A DNA stretch of 41,796 nucleotides from Octopus bimaculoides (taxonomy: Eukaryota), in NCBI RefSeq assembly GCF_001194135.2, contig NC_068987.1, forward strand, positions 32,549,960 through 32,591,755, in the 5' to 3' direction. Both the position numbers and the translations under genes were made by a program. This document shows positions 12,130 to 24,727 of the stretch, piece after piece; position 1 is the stretch's first letter; every line of letters begins with the position of its first letter. The notes below the pieces were generated by a model, which had not been told where the DNA came from, did no database searches, and saw nothing but the letters and a program-made list of their open reading frames with translations.

Positions 12130-13200
12130 AATTTCTCGCTTGTCTAGTGTTAATTAATTTATGTTCCGAAGTAAATATTTGGTATAATTACTCCAGGCAG
12201 AAATTGCATCTTTCGACCCCAATTTTAATAAGGTTTCGCAGTACTAATGATTTCCCATTTTAAGCAATATCTAATATTTTCATCCTTCAGCAACCATATA
12301 AGTTTACTACCACCTATTGAAAATTATGTAGTATTATTTCTAAACGAACTTTCATGATTTGGTATCCTTTGTTATATAAAGCAAGGGATAACACTTATGT
12401 AGTAATATTTATTTTTATCAGTTATGCCTATATAACTATAGATATTGTTTTTTTACTTTATAGTTATTTTAACATTTACATTGTGTTCTTCTAGTGCAAT
12501 TACATTTTCCTTGAATAAAGTTATTTCCGTTTTTGTTAGTAGATTTAATAACGTTTATGTTTGTTTTATGTTTTAGCTGATTATATCATTATTGTTGCAT
12601 AAAAGTCACTATTTTTTCTAGTTACCATGTATGTTTCTTTATTAGTTACAGAATCTATAGAATTGTTTATTTGAATGCTTTTCCTTTGATCACTATTTAT
12701 TTTTTAGTGGTGTTTTCATAGAATTTGGATTAATCATCTTATCGTTTTCAAAATTAGTATCATTATTATTACTTTTACGTAGGTTTTCATTATTATTTAC
12801 CTTATAAATATCATTGTTCTGTTCTTTAGTAATTTGTTTGGCATTGTGGGCAGCTGAGCAAGATTTTTAGAGTTAGAGAAAGTGATTCTTATTTTTTGCA
12901 TATTAAATAAATTATGGTAGTTATTCGTTATCGGGAAAAAAAAATATTCAGTGCTTCGTTCGACATTCTAGGTATTTTTGAGTTAACTTCCTTTGCAAAG
13001 GGGATGATCATCCGGTCTAAATCTTGAGAACAATTTCATCAATTATGGTTTAGGTTGTAGTAATCGTTTAAGGTTGGAGTGAACGTTTTAATTTTGTTTC
13101 TCATTGTGTTAAATATATTGTTTTTAATTCTTTGTTTCGTATTTTTTAGTAGTTGATTTAGGCCGGGTATTAAAATCGTTATCATAACTTTTACCATTAT
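12130..13200 (-). mobile_element. Second PLE linker and GIY-YIG module, more decayed
   Basis: Minus strand: FRPDDHPLCK (about 13010), GKCNC (about 12500), RIPNHESSFRN..SKLIWLLKDENIRYCLKWEIISTAKPY (about 12370-12225). Confidence 0.7.
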
Positions 13201-13349
13201 TAGAATGTTATATTGTGCTATTATTTGTTAGGTTGTTATGCTTGTTGTTATACATTTGCCTATCGTTATTATGGTTATTGTTTCTATTTATATGTTTATT
13301 ATTTTAATCCTTAACTGCATCTTTATTTCCAATTTTCTCATCGACTATT

Positions 13350-13412
<63 letters not shown>

Positions 13413-13567
13413 NNNNNNNNNNGTCTCAAGTGTAACCGGCCGAAACTGTAAGGATAATCTGAAAACTTGACCGCTGAGAGAAGGCCACGAATGGCTCATC
13501 GTTGTTTTGTAATGTCCTTCTTTTAGTTGCTTTTTCCTGTCCGTCTTCGTATCGTCTATCTTACAAA

Positions 13568-13653
13568 AATAAGTCCTCGAGTCGATTTGTTCGACTAAAG
13601 GCGGTGCTCCAGCATGGCCGCAGTCAAATGACTGAAACAAGTAAGAGAATAAA
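13568..13653 (+). mobile_element. SINE 3' portion (second tail type)
   Basis: GTCGATTTGTTCGACTAAAGGCGGTGCTCCAGCATGGCCGCAGTCAAATGACTGAAACAAGTAAGAGAATAAA, recognised from memory as a common octopus SINE 3' end. Confidence 0.7.
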
Positions 13654-14881
13654 CGCATAAAAGAAATATATGTCACTAAATGTGACTAAGGTGTTAGGAA
13701 ACACCTACATTGATAGAAGAGCTAACTACAATATTAGAGTGGTTTAGCACTTAACATCCTAATCAGATTTAGCGACATTTATAATTCTCCTTTTTGGTGA
13801 CACCTTGCAAACTGCTGTTTATATTATATTATATATATTGATAGAAATGGCAAGACAACAAAAAAATGAAAGAGACCTCAATATTATGTAAATAGAGAAA
13901 TTTATTTGTAAATATAATATGTGACAATTATTCGGTAGCCTTGATAAAACTCCGAATTTCGGATGTCGGAGCATATGTGTGTATATATGTATGTATATAT
14001 ATATATATATNNNNNNNNNNNNNNNNNNNNNNNNNNNNNNNNNNNNNNNNNNNNNNNNNNNNNNNNNNNNNNNNNNNNNNNNNNNNNNNNNNNNNNNNNN
14101 NNNNNNNNNNNNNNNNNNNNNNNNNNNNNNNNNNNNNNNNNNNNNNNNNNNNNNNNNNNNNNNNNNNNNNNNNNNNNNNNNNNNNNNNNNNNNNNNNNNN
14201 NNNNNNNNNNNNNNNNNNNNNNNNNNNNNNNNNNNNNNNNNNNNNNNNNNNNNNNNNNNNNNNNNNNNNNNNNNNNNNNNNNNNNNNNNNNNNNNNNNNN
14301 NNNNNNNNNNNNNNNNNNNNNNNNNNNNNNNNNNNNNNNNNNNNNNNNNNNNNNNNNNNNNNNNNNNNNNNNNNNNNNNNNNNNNNNNNNNNNNNNNNNN
14401 NNNNNNNNNNNNNNNNNNNNNNNNNNNNNNNNNNNNNNNNNNNNNNNNNNNNNNNNNNNNNNNNNNNNNNNNNNNNNNNNNNNNNNNNNNNNNNNNNNNN
14501 NNNNNNNNNNNNNNNNNNNNNNNNNNNNNNNNNNNNNNNNNNNNNNNNNNNNNNNNNNNNNNNNNNNNNNNNNNNNNNNNNNNNNNNNNNNNNNNNNNNN
14601 NNNNNNNNNNNNNNNNNNNNNNNNNNNNNNNNNNNNNNNNNNNNNNNNNNNNNNNNNNNNNNNNNNNNNNNNNNNNNNNNNNNNNNNNNNNNNNNNNNNN
14701 NNNNNNNNNNNNNNNNNNNNNNNNNNNNNNNNNNNNNNNNNNNNNNNNNNNNNNNNNNNNNNTAGCAAACACCACATGTTTCGCTGTATAAAAGTATTAC
14801 ATCTCTCTCTCTCTCTCTCTGTATATATCTGTATCTATCTATCCATATATCCTTATGTCTATATCTATATACATATAAGTG

Positions 14882-14912
<31 letters not shown>

Positions 14913-15445
14913 GCACGTATATATATAAGCACATCACAATCAGTAATCTTTGCTTAACTAAAGGCTTGTGACTAATGAATTATTTTTGAATAAAAATAGA
15001 TATAGGAAAGAAAATGGAGTTGTATAAATATTTTAAGAGAAGTCAGATATTCATTGACATTTTCTAACACTCTCTTATCTGGAATGTTTTCTTCGTGAAG
15101 CATATCATTAGCGCTTCGGCTTTCCTCTTTGTATTTTCCTTCATTTTGAGCAACGTGCATTGATATACGTTAGTGAATAGACAGGCACACAAATATATAC
15201 ACTCATATATGTACACAAAGGCACACACATTCGTATAAACACACATTATTCTATATGCACCTACGCGGATGCAGATATATTTACGCATAAAGACAAATAT
15301 AATGACAATACAAGTAAAGATGTGACTTAAATAAGAGTTACTTTATTTAGGTTGTGTTCATAACATACAAGATAGTTTCGGTATCTATGTCTAACTTGAC
15401 TAGAACTCGTGACAAGTGCTGACACGGTCTAGAGAAGTTTAAAAG

Positions 15446-15447
<2 letters not shown>

Positions 15448-15533
<86 letters not shown>

Positions 15534-15580
15534 GTCTGTCTGTCTGTCTGTCTGTCTGTATGTATATCTGTCTGTCTGTC
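15448..15580. repeat. (TCTA)n(TCTG)n microsatellite
   Basis: Direct reading. Confidence 0.97.
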
Positions 15581-15675
15581 TGTTTACACGCACACACACA
15601 AACACGTATATAATTTACACAAGTATGATTTGTATACATATATACATATATGAATGTACGTTCGTATGTACGCAC

Positions 15676-15719
<44 letters not shown>

Positions 15720-15884
15720 NNNNNNNNNNATATATATATATACATATATGCATACACACACACACACATATAGACATAAGTACATACGTGTGTGAAATGT
15801 GCAAAAGGAGACCGAAGTATTAAAAGTTATGCGGCATATCACACACACACACTCACACACAATCACACACACACACACACAGAG

Positions 15885-15925
<41 letters not shown>

Positions 15926-16019
15926 GTGATTAAGAAGTCCATTTAGCATTTAAGCTCCAAGTTTATTCGTCGTGTATAGAGTTATAAATAGCCTTGGAAA
16001 ACAGTTGATAGTTGATTTC

Positions 16020-16705
16020 AGCAACTCAAATTTCTGTTTTCTTGGCCCACAACACGGAGCCACCAAAATTTGAACTGGAGTACTAGAAAAATGATATCAG
16101 ACAAGAAAAGGAAAAGAATATTTTCGAACACTCTTCTACACCAAGATGGTGCTCCACAATATATTGTCTCCATGTTCAGCCAGTCTATAACCACAATTGC
16201 CATGAAATTTAGTCCTCACGAAAGCTGGTCTCAGTTCATGGGATTTCCGTTTTCGAGATCAGCTCAACAGAACTGCAATCAGGTATTTTGAGCGTATAAA
16301 AGCAAAGAATCGAAGTGATGAAAATTTGAACCACAGAATTCTTTACTGGTTCGATGCTGGCTGTTGAAAAGATGTCGATTATGAATTGAGCATGATGGTG
16401 GACATTCTGACAAGTGTACGAAGAAAATAATATTGGTTTCAAATTTTGGTACAAAACCAGACATTTCGGGGAAGGGACTAAGTCGAAAAGATCGATCCCA
16501 GTGCTCAACTAGTAATTATTTTAACAACCCCAAAAAGATGAAACGCAAAGTTCACCTCGGCGGAATCTGAACTCAGAAAGTAAAGGCCGACAGAATACCG
16601 CTAAGCATTTAGTAATAGTAAATACTTATAAAAGGTATTTAGAATTTTCTGGGCACTTGAAATAATCAGTATAAGAGCGCTGACGGAACTTTGGAATGAC
16701 CTGTG
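16020..16705 (+). mobile_element. Tc1/mariner transposase 3' remnant with terminal repeat, interrupted by a SINE
   Basis: LHQDGAP, GLSSWDF and IEHDGGHSD match the QDGAPxH / PDLxPxDF / GGHFE series. Ends GGAACTTTGGAATGACCTG followed by TGTA, resembling a Tc1/mariner TIR. Confidence 0.6.
16425..16611 (-). mobile_element. tRNA-derived SINE (same family as 3126-3284)
   Basis: Reverse complement carries AAATGCTTAGCGGTATT, GAGTTCAGATTCCGCCGAGG and TTTCATCTTTTTGGGGTTGTT, plus the 3' CCAAAATTTGAAACC tail. Confidence 0.85.
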
Positions 16706-16884
16706 TACACACACACACACTCACACACACACTTATACGCAAATGAATTTTACCCCGCGAGTGTATATGCTAATAAGCAAAATAATATTCAAGATAGTGA
16801 AACAAATTACAAAAATATTTATGCATACTCGGGAAACTTGAATAGCGATTCCCTGTGAGTCTCATTTGAATATACATACAAGCA

Positions 16885-16936
16885 CGCAGGCACACACGCA
16901 GGCACACACGCAGGCACACACGCAGGCACACACGCA
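16885..16936. repeat. 12-bp minisatellite (CGCAGGCACACA)x4
   Basis: Four exact tandem units. Confidence 0.95.
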
Positions 16937-17439
16937 CGCACGTACACACATACACACACACAAGTACCTACACCCACACATATATTCACAGCTGTAAGTG
17001 CTATGAATGAGTGCTTATATGTGCGCAAATGGACTTCCCCTGCTGTTCTTTGTCTGGTTGTTTGTTTATTTCTTTCTTTCTTCTCTCTCTCTCTCCCTCG
17101 GCACACAGGCATATAGATCCGTTGATAGACAGAAAAAGAGAGTGAGAGAGAGAGAGAAACAAAGTTTTCAAGGAGTGACAGCAAAAACACGGTGGGATAT
17201 GCAATAATGGTTTGTCTTTTGTGATTTTAGGGTTTCGACGCTTATATTTCTCAAGAGATATCTCTTTTATTCATAATGTTATGCTTCACCTTTTCCTGAC
17301 TTTTTTGCTGCTAAAATATATATGTATTTTGCAAAATACCATTCATTATATATAGGTATCATATATCGTGTATATCGTGTATATGTATGATATATGATAT
17401 ATGATATATATATATATATATATCGTACACCGTGTGTGC

Positions 17440-17486
<47 letters not shown>

Positions 17487-17971
17487 NNNNNNNNNNNNNN
17501 NNNNNNNNNNNNNNNNNNNNNNNNNNNNNNNNNNNNNNNNNNNNNNNNNNNNNNNNNNNNNNNNNNNNNNNNNNNNNNNNNNNNNNNNNNNNNNNNNNNN
17601 NNNNNNNNNNNNNNNNNNNNNNNNNNNNNNNNNNNNNNNNNNNNNNNNNNNNNNNNNNNNNNNNNNNNNNNNNNNNNNNNNNNNNNNNNNNNNNNNNNNN
17701 NNNNNNNNNNNNNNNNNNNNNNNNNNNNNNNNNNNNNNNNNNNNNNNNNNNNNNNNNNNNNNNNNNNNNNNNNNNNNNNNNNNNNNNNNNNNNNNNNNNN
17801 NNNNNNNNNNNNNNNNNNNNNNNNNNNNNNNNNNNNNNNNNNNNNNNNNNNNNNNNNNNNNNNNNNNNNNNNNNNNNNNNNNNNNNNNNNNNNNNNNNNN
17901 NNNNNNNNNNNNNNNNNNNNNNNNNNNNNNNNNNNNNNNNNNNNNNNNNNNNNNNNNNNNNNNNNNNNNNN

Positions 17972-18041
<70 letters not shown>

Positions 18042-18099
18042 AAAAGAATAAGGTATTATATGTCTTCAAAATGTATTTATTACTGTATCATTCTCATTA

Positions 18100-19565
18100 A
18101 ATTAGAAGCTGACACTTGTTTCTGCTGGACAAATGCTGTAGTGGCCTTTGATTTAACGTTTATGTGCATTTAGTTGGTTCAGTGTCAGTACATATTCATC
18201 CAAGTTAGACATTTCTATACAATTCTGCCTATGTGGTTGGGTGAAGCTACCTGATTGTCCAAGTATTAGATAATCCTTCTTAAAGGCGACAGTAGAGTCC
18301 GCGTTGAAATAACAGTATGGACGATAGTCCTGGTATGACTTAAATTTATAAGATCATTTTAGATATTTGTGGAACAGAATATTTTATATACATAGTAGTA
18401 GAAAGAAACCTTAATTCGGTTGGGATACATTCACATCACTGACCATTCACAAAGAGAATATGATACCATATAAGGCAAACGGATAGATTTAAGAGGAATA
18501 GAAAGAAAGAGGGGATAATTGTAGTTTCAATTTGGGTAATCAGAATACTCCATAACAATAATGTTTTATACTTGTTTGAATGTTAGAAGTTTAGTTCATT
18601 TGAGATGAAAAATGTAAGTTGAAATACTAATAATATTTTTTCTCAATTCACAAAAAAACAACAACCCTGTAATAGCAAGGTTTAGTGTGAGTTTGTTGAA
18701 GTCTAACTAAATATAATTATTTGACCAGGTTAACTTATGTGCACTACTATCTAAGTGATTTCTAATTAAAAAATCTTATTTAGAAAATATCTAAGTTCTT
18801 TTCAAATGAATGCTTGGATTTACTGTTATTTCGATTTAATAAACCGCAAATAGAGGTAAAAGTATGGAATATTTCTTCCAAGAGTAGATCATATTTCGGT
18901 TTCTCAACAGGATACGGTGAAGTGCTACTAATAATTGCTGAGACTCCGAAGTTTATACTAGCACAGAGATTACTGAGACAATGCCTGTTGATGCTGAGAT
19001 GAATTTAAATGATGCTGCAGTTGAAGTAAGTATAGATAATAACAGCAATAATAAAAATAACACAGATTATAGCAGTAGTAAGAATATTAATAGTAATGTT
19101 AAAAATAATAACGACAGGAATATGAATAATATTAATAGTAATAATGCTCCTGGTTGCAATTGTAGAGTTAAATCCCACTGTCCGTTATTAGGTCGATGTC
19201 TAATCCAAACCGTAATTTCTAAATGTGCAATCGTAACTGAAGCTGGTAACTTTATATATAAACAATGTTTGATAAATATGAAAGAACGTATCAATAACCA
19301 TTTTTCATCCTTTAGACACAAACATAATGCCAATTGTACATCATTATTTAGCAAGATTTGGGAACTGAACGTAAGTGGGATCGGATTTAGTCTTAAATGA
19401 GATATAATACGGAGAGCGCAGCCTTATAGAGATAGACGATATGGGTGTGAGCTGTGCTCTGCGGAAACTTATGAGATTTTTAAGTACAGGGACAAAAACA
19501 ACCTGATTAATAATAGATTACACCTGCATAGCATCACCCGTACATTTAAGTATTTACGAAACTAA
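18100..19565 (+). mobile_element. Penelope-like element: RT C-terminal half (decayed), linker and GIY-YIG
   Basis: SMDDS (YxDD-like, about 18318); FRFNKP (WFNPP-like); CNCRVKSHCPLLGRCLIQTVI..KERINNHFSSFRH..SKIWEL..LK*DIIRRAQPY..CELCSAE. The frame 18981-19565 has a single TGA at 19398-19400. Confidence 0.85.
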
Positions 19566-21819
19566 TAGGTACCATAATTGAACTTTGATGGTGAAAATTA
19601 ATTTTGGTGTCGTATCCGTTGTAAACTTACCCTCTAGTATTAAATATAGTAAAATCATGGGATATTATGTTATATGGTGAACTAAATTGCATTGCATATG
19701 GTATAAGCTATATGTTATGGTATGTGGCATGCTATATATAATACTATCCCATAACCCCTGCCTAGTTAGTCTGACTTCATCCTATTTTGGTGATTACACT
19801 ATTTTCCCCTCTATGATGTTCTACCCTACTGATCATATTATGTATATTTGTAGTGACTTTATGTAAGTAAGTCTCCTTTCGACTAAACTAGAAACTATAA
19901 AATCATACAAATAATAGCACCTGTAACATTACAACTTATAAAATCTCTTCGGTCCAAACACCTTTAACTTCCCTCACTACTTCCATACCTATTACCCCTT
20001 CTTTTCGGGTTACCTTTCTCTCTTCTCTACCTCAAATTTTAATCCCCTGTCTCTCTAAATGTAGGTCACATGTATTATTATTTTCTATAAATTCTTATTA
20101 TTTTGTTTTTTTTATTTTGATATCCTTACCTATTAACTTCTTATCTCTTATAAATTGTTACTTTTCTCGTTCTTAAATAGATATTTTTCCGTTACTTAAG
20201 TTTATGCGAGATGGATATTCTATATCCATATAAACGTATAAATATTTGTGTATGTGTATGTATGCATTTATACACATATATGAATGTGTGTATATCTGTA
20301 TGCATCTTTATTTTTTTCTGATTCATGGCTTAAAATTAATAGATAGCATGTATATCTTTCCAGTTATTCCATAAGTAAATGGCTTGAGCAATCTTTATAG
20401 AAACCACCTAATAAGTAATTAATTAAGTAATTGAATGAATATTAAACAGATTCTATGTAATCTTTCCTTTTTTAATGTTTATAATTAACGTATACGCACA
20501 TTTTACCTATTTTGTTTATGATATCATTTTTGGAAATCTTAAATTTTATTTTTTATGCAACATAATATTGTTTATAGACAATCACCCGTATTTCTCATAA
20601 ATAAAATTTCCTAGTGAACACACTAAAATTTTCACTAAGTTTCTTAGTGTCTTGCCCCTTTAACTGGTAATTACCATGATAACTTAAAGTCTTCTTTTAC
20701 CCAGCCTCTTTTTATAGACAGTTACTTATATCCAATTGATTACTCCTAATGTCTTCTTTCCTCTTTGAGAAAAAGAGATACATATGATAATATTTATGAC
20801 CATACCCATCTATGAGCTGTCAACTCAATGTTATCCTTTATTCAAAATAGATACAGTCTTCTAGTCTTAGATGTAGTAGTTGATAAAGAGATAAATGAAT
20901 TAGAAATTAATTACAATTCGTTACACTATGATTCCAATAGGCTTCACGCGATTCTTGGATGGGTACTCTATTCTTAGCTACAATCGCGACAACATGAATT
21001 TCTTCCATTTTCTTTTTCTGTTAAAATATTTGAGAAATATTATATTGTGTCCAACTTCTAAAAGTTCTATTTATTTATTTGTGCAGCTGAAAATGGCACC
21101 GCATTTAAATTGATGTAATGAGTGCATTATTCAATTAAATGGAGCCACTTGAAACTGTAGTACTTCATCACTACTTGATATCCTGTTTCTCATTTTGATT
21201 ACACACACACACACACACATATATATTTCTCTTAGGCTCCGCGAGACTAATAACCTGATGTGGAACTCAATGTGCGCATTCTTCATAACGAAGTGTTAGA
21301 CGAGTATAGAACGGTAATAAGAAAATGAGATGAAAAATGGGAAAAAAACGACTGTTATGAACTTCATTAGTTTACAGGTGTTTCTGTTATGGAATTTTAC
21401 ATTAATCTGATGGGTTACTTTTTACTTTTATTTCATGTATGTACTATAGTTCCACTGCTGAATACAGTGTACCTACACTATTGTGTACTGTGTAACGACA
21501 CTACTGTAAATAGATTACCTACAATTCTATGTGCCATGCACATAGACTCTATCTACAATTTACTTTTACTTCTGTATACAGAAAAGAAACCCTAATGTAC
21601 ACAACCAACTCATTTTTCTCTGGACAGTTTATATACGCAATATGCCAACACTCCTGTACACTATTCTTACACGTATCGGTTCAATAAAGATAAGCTATTG
21701 TGCACATCCTTCCAACACTGAAGCACAGCTGATAAGGGTTTTCTATAATGTTTATCTAATTCAGTTTACTTATTTTCCGTCTCTTACAGAAGGACTGCAG
21801 ATTATATCGATATTCATAT

Positions 21820-22040
21820 ATACGTACGTACATACATACACAGATACATACATACAAACATACATACCTACATGCATAAATACATACATACACACATACA
21901 TACCAACGTACATACATACACGCAAATACATACATACATACACATACACACGCATACATACATACCAACGTACATACATACACGCACATACATACATACA
22001 TATATACATACATACAAACGCACATACATACATATATATC
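21820..22040. repeat. Degenerate (TACA)n microsatellite
   Basis: Direct reading. Confidence 0.9.
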
Positions 22041-22059
22041 ATCATAGGTGGATTAAGTT

Positions 22060-23160
22060 TTGTACCTACAAATTTCCACTAAAACAGAAATACTTGGTTT
22101 CATGGAAAAAGAACAAAAGAAACTGACGCGGATTCTCGAATTCCAATCTATTAGTGTGACTGTGAAAATTTGTTACACATTCCCCAAATTTACCACTTGA
22201 GATTCTATTTGTAAATAGATACACACACTTAGTGGTATACACCGACAGTTCAAACAACTCACCAACTCTATCACGTATTTGCTAGCAATGAGAACTACCT
22301 TAACTCAAAAAGTCTTGTTGCTTTCTTAGCGACCGTCTCAAATTCTCAAGAATGATACATACATACCAATATCCATACATACATGCATATACATATGTGT
22401 ATATGTGTGTGTGTATGCCTAGAGACATACGTACACAGCGTACATGCCTTTCTCACTCTGTAAATGTATATACATGCAAATTACCCCTCCCCACACGCAC
22501 ACACATGAAGACACAACACAATAATGTAAATATATGTGCAATAAGGTTTGAAAAATTTTGAGGAGATATTTGAAGAAAAAGAATTGAAAGCAAGACATTA
22601 CGTCAGATGAAAACAGTATTAGTATTTCCCTTTTAAAAACAGATCAAAATGACATTTTCATTGGGACGTTAATGGTGTCTAGACGAATGCTGACTAAGTG
22701 AAGTAGTTATAGCAGCAGGTGCAAAAATGAAAATTTCCCGCTAATCAGATGCTGCAGATAAAACTTTTGCAATCATCCATTGCATTGAATACGATTATCT
22801 TAGCTTATCTTTGTTATCTTTGTTCTACTAACCTCTCTTTGAAAAAGACTTTTTGCTGAAAAAAATTTGAAACAAACTATTATCATTAGACATATTTTTT
22901 TGGCTTTCGAATCCGTTCAAATTTTACTCGGCAAAATATACAAATGACTGCCAACCATATAATTTTGCGATATGCTTTGCATTTGTCAGTTAAATCGAAT
23001 AATTTTGTCAAGTCAGAGACAGATACAAGGTCTCTTCTTACTTGTGTATTTGACCCGTTAGCAGTAAATTTTTGAATGGCGCCACAAGTGCCATAGTCTC
23101 GGAATCGTGGATAGATCTATAAATCTCTATAGGAGCAGTAGACATTTCTGTCCCCCTGTT
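22060..23160 (-). mobile_element. Decayed Penelope-like RT
   Basis: Minus strand in order: LLTGQIHK (LPKIHK-like), RRDLVS (RPIVS-like), NMSNDNSLF (motif A-like), and later KCVYLFTNRISSGKFGEC..ENPRQFL resembling the PLE thumb region. Confidence 0.45.
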
Positions 23161-23672
23161 TAATTTACTTTCTTAACTGTTTTCATTTTTTCATTATATA
23201 TAAAGTTTTGTCTTTATATTCTTTTATTTTATATTTGTTTCTTCTTATAATGGTTATCTCAGTATACCTCCATATGGATTTCGTTTGTCCTTTTGTGAAT
23301 GCTTCCCTCCACTTTCCCTTGGTTTATTACTTATACCTTTTAGATATGCACCGCTAAATTTCTTCCAATAGCATTTCCCCACAGCAATTCAGAACAAAAT
23401 AACAAAAAAAACAAACAAAAAAAAACAAACAAACAAACACGAAGAACAAACAAAACAAAAAAAAATCTTAAAAAGATGAAGAAAGCATTGCTATAAAATT
23501 GTCTTTATTGAAATCATTCTTTGACTTGGATATCAATTCTGTAATTCATACACACGCACTCTCACACACACACACATACACATACATACATACATACATA
23601 TGTATATATATACATGTATAAATATAATCGTGTATGTATATAAATATATATATATATATATGTATATAAATA

Positions 23673-23729
<57 letters not shown>

Positions 23730-24587
23730 NNNNNNNNNNNNNNNNNNNNNNNNNNNNNNNNNNNNNNNNNNNNNNNNNNNNNNNNNNNNNNNNNNNNNNN
23801 NNNNNNNNNNNNNNNNNNNNNNNNNNNNNNNNNNNNNNNNNNNNNNNNNNNNNNNNNNNNNNNNNNNNNNNNNNNNNNNNNNNNNNNNNNNNNNNNNNNN
23901 NNNNNNNNNNNNNNNNNNNNNNNNNNNNNNNNNNNNNNNNNNNNNNNNNNNNNNNNNNNNNNNNNNNNNNNNNNNNNNNNNNNNNNNNNNNNNNNNNNNN
24001 NNNNNNNNNNNNNNNNNNNNNNNNNNNNNNNNNNNNNNNNNNNNNNNNNNNNNNNNNNNNNNNNNNNNNNNNNNNNNNNNNNNNNNNNNNNNNNNNNNNN
24101 NNNNNNNNNNNNNNNNNNNNNNNNNNNNNNNNNNNNNNNNNNNNNNNNNNNNNNNNNNNNNNNNNNNNNNNNNNNNNNNNNNNNNNNNNNNNNNNNNNNN
24201 NNNNNNNNNNNNNNNNNNNNNNNNNNNNNNNNNNNNNNNNNNNNNNNNNNNNNNNNNNNNNNNNNNNNNNNNNNNNNNNNNNNNNNNNNNNNNNNNNNNN
24301 NNNNNNNNNNNNNNNNNNNNNNNNNNNNNNNNNNNNNNNNNNNNNNNNNNNNNNNNNNNNNNNNNNNNNNNNNNNNNNNNNNNNNNNNNNNNNNNNNNNN
24401 NNNNNNNNNNNNNNNNNNNNNNNNNNNNNNNNNNNNNNNNNNNNNNNNNNNNNNNNNNNNNNNNNNNNNNNNNNNNNNNNNNNNNNNNNNNNNNNNNNNN
24501 NNNNNNNNNNNNNNNNNNNNNNNNNNNNNNNNNNNNNNNNNNNNNNNNNNNNNNNNNNNNNNNNNNNNNNNNNNNNNNNNNNNNNNN

Positions 24588-24645
24588 TCACGTTCCCGTT
24601 CATCGGGCAGTTTCTAACTAAACTGTCCGATGAACGGGATCGTGA
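24588..24645. repeat. 26-bp inverted repeat, 24/26 matching, 6-nt spacer
   Basis: TCACGTTCCCGTTCATCGGGCAGTTT (24588-24613) versus AAACTGTCCGATGAACGGGATCGTGA (24620-24645). The left arm is cut by the N gap. Confidence 0.95.
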
Positions 24646-24663
24646 AACTCCGAGTAACAGTTT
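24620..24663 (+). ncRNA. Minimal type I hammerhead ribozyme fold with U4C core variant
   Basis: Stem I AAACTGT (24620-26) / ACAGTTT (24657-63); core CCGATGA (24627-33); stem II ACG-GGAT-CGT; GAAA (24644-47); stem III ACT-CCG-AGT; cleavage triplet GTA (24654-56). Confidence 0.65.
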
Positions 24664-24692
24664 TTTGTTATATTTCTGCTGCTTTTAAATAA

Positions 24693-24727
<35 letters not shown>

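Noticed and set aside
23042-23155. 114-nt minus-strand exon-like block with AG/GTAAGA ends, plus a 23-nt micro-exon candidate at 22833-22855
   Set aside because: The translation continues colinearly into PLE RT motifs (QIHK, RDLVS, motif A-like), so these are better explained as chance splice-like sites. RNA-seq could overturn this.
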